Shown: positions 62,979-64,000 of the stretch, in pieces
How the letters are laid out: each line of letters opens with the position of its first letter
Position numbering within the stretch: the stretch's first letter is position 1
Assembly: GCA_045659245.1 (NCBI GenBank)
Contig: JAZOWN010000066.1
Coordinates: 2,213 to 66,212 of the forward strand
DNA from: Eubacteriales bacterium
GTDB taxonomy: Bacteria; Bacillota; Clostridia; Oscillospirales; CAG-272
Direction: 5' to 3'
DNA length: 64,000 nt
Notes under the pieces: model-generated
The model's database searches: none
What the model was told of the DNA's origin: nothing
What the model saw: the letters and a program-made list of their open reading frames with translations, nothing else
Translations under genes and position numbers: made by a program

Positions 62979-62994
62979 GTGTTTTATTATTAGC

Positions 62995-63111
62995 ATACCA
63001 TCTTAATTTTATATAAAACTTCAATATATATTGTTTGGTTAAAGATACTTTTCGTACAGCAACCGAAAAAAACATGAATATACATGTTTTTTGGTTGCTT
63101 ATTTTTTTTTT
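62995..63111 (+). ncRNA. candidate small RNA ending at an orphan strong terminator
   Basis: Plus-strand hairpin GCAACCGAAAAAAACATG/CATGTTTTTTGGTTGC (63059-63098) plus a T-rich run (63099-63111) with no plus-strand ORF upstream. A possible promoter CTGTCA-17-TATTAT (62962-62990) overlaps the palindrome. The 5' end is a guess. Confidence 0.3.
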
Positions 63112-63112
63112 G

Positions 63113-63139
63113 AAACCCTGACATATTTTGTCAGGGTTT
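63113..63139. other. second hairpin immediately after the T-run
   Basis: AAACCCTGACA-N5-TGTCAGGGTTT: 11-bp stem with no U-run. Confidence 0.45.
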
Positions 63140-63174
63140 AATGTTAAAATCACGATAGAAAGGAGGTGACGATT

Positions 63175-63540
63175 TTGAGTGCAGGAGACCGCCGTGAACG
63201 TTTATTAAGAATTTTAACTTTAAAAGGACATGCAACCATATCCGAACTCGCCAACGAATTGGAAGTATCCGAAAGAACAATTATGCGCGATATAGAAGTT
63301 ATTAGTTTTGAAAAACCTATTTTTACTGTTATGGGCAAAAATGGGGGAGTTTACATAGATAATTACTATTTATTAAATCAACTACATCTTAAAGCACACG
63401 AGATTGACTTGTTATATAAGATTATTTTCGATATTGAAAATTACTCTTACTGCAGCCTTAATGAGTCGGAACTGAATCTGCTCAAAGAAATCGTCACCAT
63501 ATATTCTAAAAAAACATATAGAAAGGAAAAAACAAAATGA
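63175..63540 (+). CDS. HTH_11 (YafY N-terminal-like) regulator without a WYL domain
   Basis: RLLRILTLKGHATISELANELEVSERTIMRDIEVI...GKNGGVYI. Start placed at TTG 63175, 8 nt after AGGAGG (the tracked GTG lies inside the RBS). The stop overlaps the next ATG (ATGA). Confidence 0.6.
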   Translation: MSAGDRRERLLRILTLKGHATISELANELEVSERTIMRDIEVISFEKPIFTVMGKNGGVYIDNYYLLNQLHLKAHEIDLLYKIIFDIENYSYCSLNESELNLLKEIVTIYSKKTYRKEKTK

Positions 63541-64000
63541 AAAATTCAGAAAAACAATTATTTTTTAATCTTTGCTCTTTCATATCTCCTGACAAGGATA
63601 AAATAGGAGCACTCGTTGAAAACGGGGCTGCGACGCCGGAACTCATTGGGTATCTACTTACCAATCGCATGGGAGGCGTTGCATATGATGTTCTTATGAG
63701 AACAAGATACTTGGGTACAGTAGACAGAGAAATCAAAGGCTCCTTGAAGTGTGCAAGATTCTATTGTGAAAAGTACAATGAGGATTTCTTCGGATGCTTG
63801 AACTATCTGTCCACCCTTCTTGATGCCTGCGGAGCCCCATATGCGCTTCTAAAAGGAGCGTATCTGTGCGGAAAGTATCCTATTGGTTACCGTACTTCAA
63901 ATGATATAGATGTACTGATTAGTCCAGAGGACGTAGGAACGGTATCAGCAAAGCTCAAGCTGGCAGGATTTAAGCAGGGTTACATCAAAAACGGTAAATT
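63537..64000 (+). CDS. nucleotidyltransferase-family protein (NTP_transf_5-like), 5' partial
   Basis: My own translation is open to the window end: MKNSEKQLFFNLCSF...PYALLKGAYLCGKYPIGYRTSNDIDVLISPEDV, which resembles the uncharacterised nucleotidyltransferase family motif R.s.DiDlL. Not in the ORF track because it runs off the window. Confidence 0.55.
   Translation, partial: MKNSEKQLFFNLCSFISPDKDKIGALVENGAATPELIGYLLTNRMGGVAYDVLMRTRYLGTVDREIKGSLKCARFYCEKYNEDFFGCLNYLSTLLDACGAPYALLKGAYLCGKYPIGYRTSNDIDVLISPEDVGTVSAKLKLAGFKQGYIKNGK

Larger units (their letters stand above)
35505..64000. mobile_element. integrated serine-recombinase element (phage/ICE-like) inserted in spoVT; right boundary not located in window
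   Basis: Left junction falls within GTGGTTGACCCGCTTGAA (minus strand, about 35500-35520). Downstream DNA is visibly more AT-rich, and 35.5-59.4 kb is uniformly minus-strand with mobile-element gene content. Membership of 59.4-64 kb is uncertain. Confidence 0.55.

Noticed and set aside
62965-63338. Minus-strand ORFs 62965-63153 and 63150-63338
   Set aside because: The first spans intergenic hairpins and terminators in extremely AT-rich DNA. The second is antisense to the HTH_11 gene. Neither has an RBS or domain.
37271-64000. Search for the missing spoVT 5' fragment (AbrB-type N-terminus) and a second att core inside the window
   Set aside because: Reading the intergenic regions and short frames on the minus strand by eye, I found no GRVVIPKEIR-like coding sequence. 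GDPV at about 57.13 kb is an internal coincidence in another ORF. The right end is probably beyond 64 kb. A computational tblastn search is needed to be sure.

Overview
Chromosomal segment from a spore-forming Firmicute, apparently a Clostridia-type genome. 1-35.0 kb is mostly a minus-strand housekeeping block. It carries queT and folT-folC behind preQ1 and THF riboswitches, then hprK, rplS, yebC and argS. It also has the conserved recN-argR-nadK-tlyA-ispA-xseBA-nusB synteny, the spoIIAA-spoIIAB-sigF operon, hisS and spoIIR. Accessory genes in this block are an ABC-2/GldG transporter whose ATPase looks degenerate and a six-gene Dlt-like surface O-acylation operon. At about 35.5 kb the sporulation regulator gene spoVT is cut by an integrated mobile element. 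Only the spoVT 3' part remains, fused in frame to the end of a large serine recombinase ORF. From 35.5 to about 59.4 kb all genes are on the minus strand and phage/ICE-like. They include the recombinase, HTH, LexA-like and WYL regulators, a primase, a RecD-like helicase, a YqaJ exonuclease, PcfJ, a PcfK (AcrIIA9-like) protein, a MoxR-type AAA/vWA pair and an SSB. Two long operons are each headed by a near-identical promoter, 11-bp iteron array and leader-hairpin module. 59.4-64 kb is much more AT-rich cargo: a DUF4160/DUF2442/XRE cassette, an XRE, ECF sigma and anti-sigma set, an orphan terminator (candidate sRNA), and an HTH_11 gene coupled to a nucleotidyltransferase gene that runs off the window. 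I saw no rRNA, tRNA or CRISPR array. The element's right end and the spoVT 5' fragment were not found in the window.
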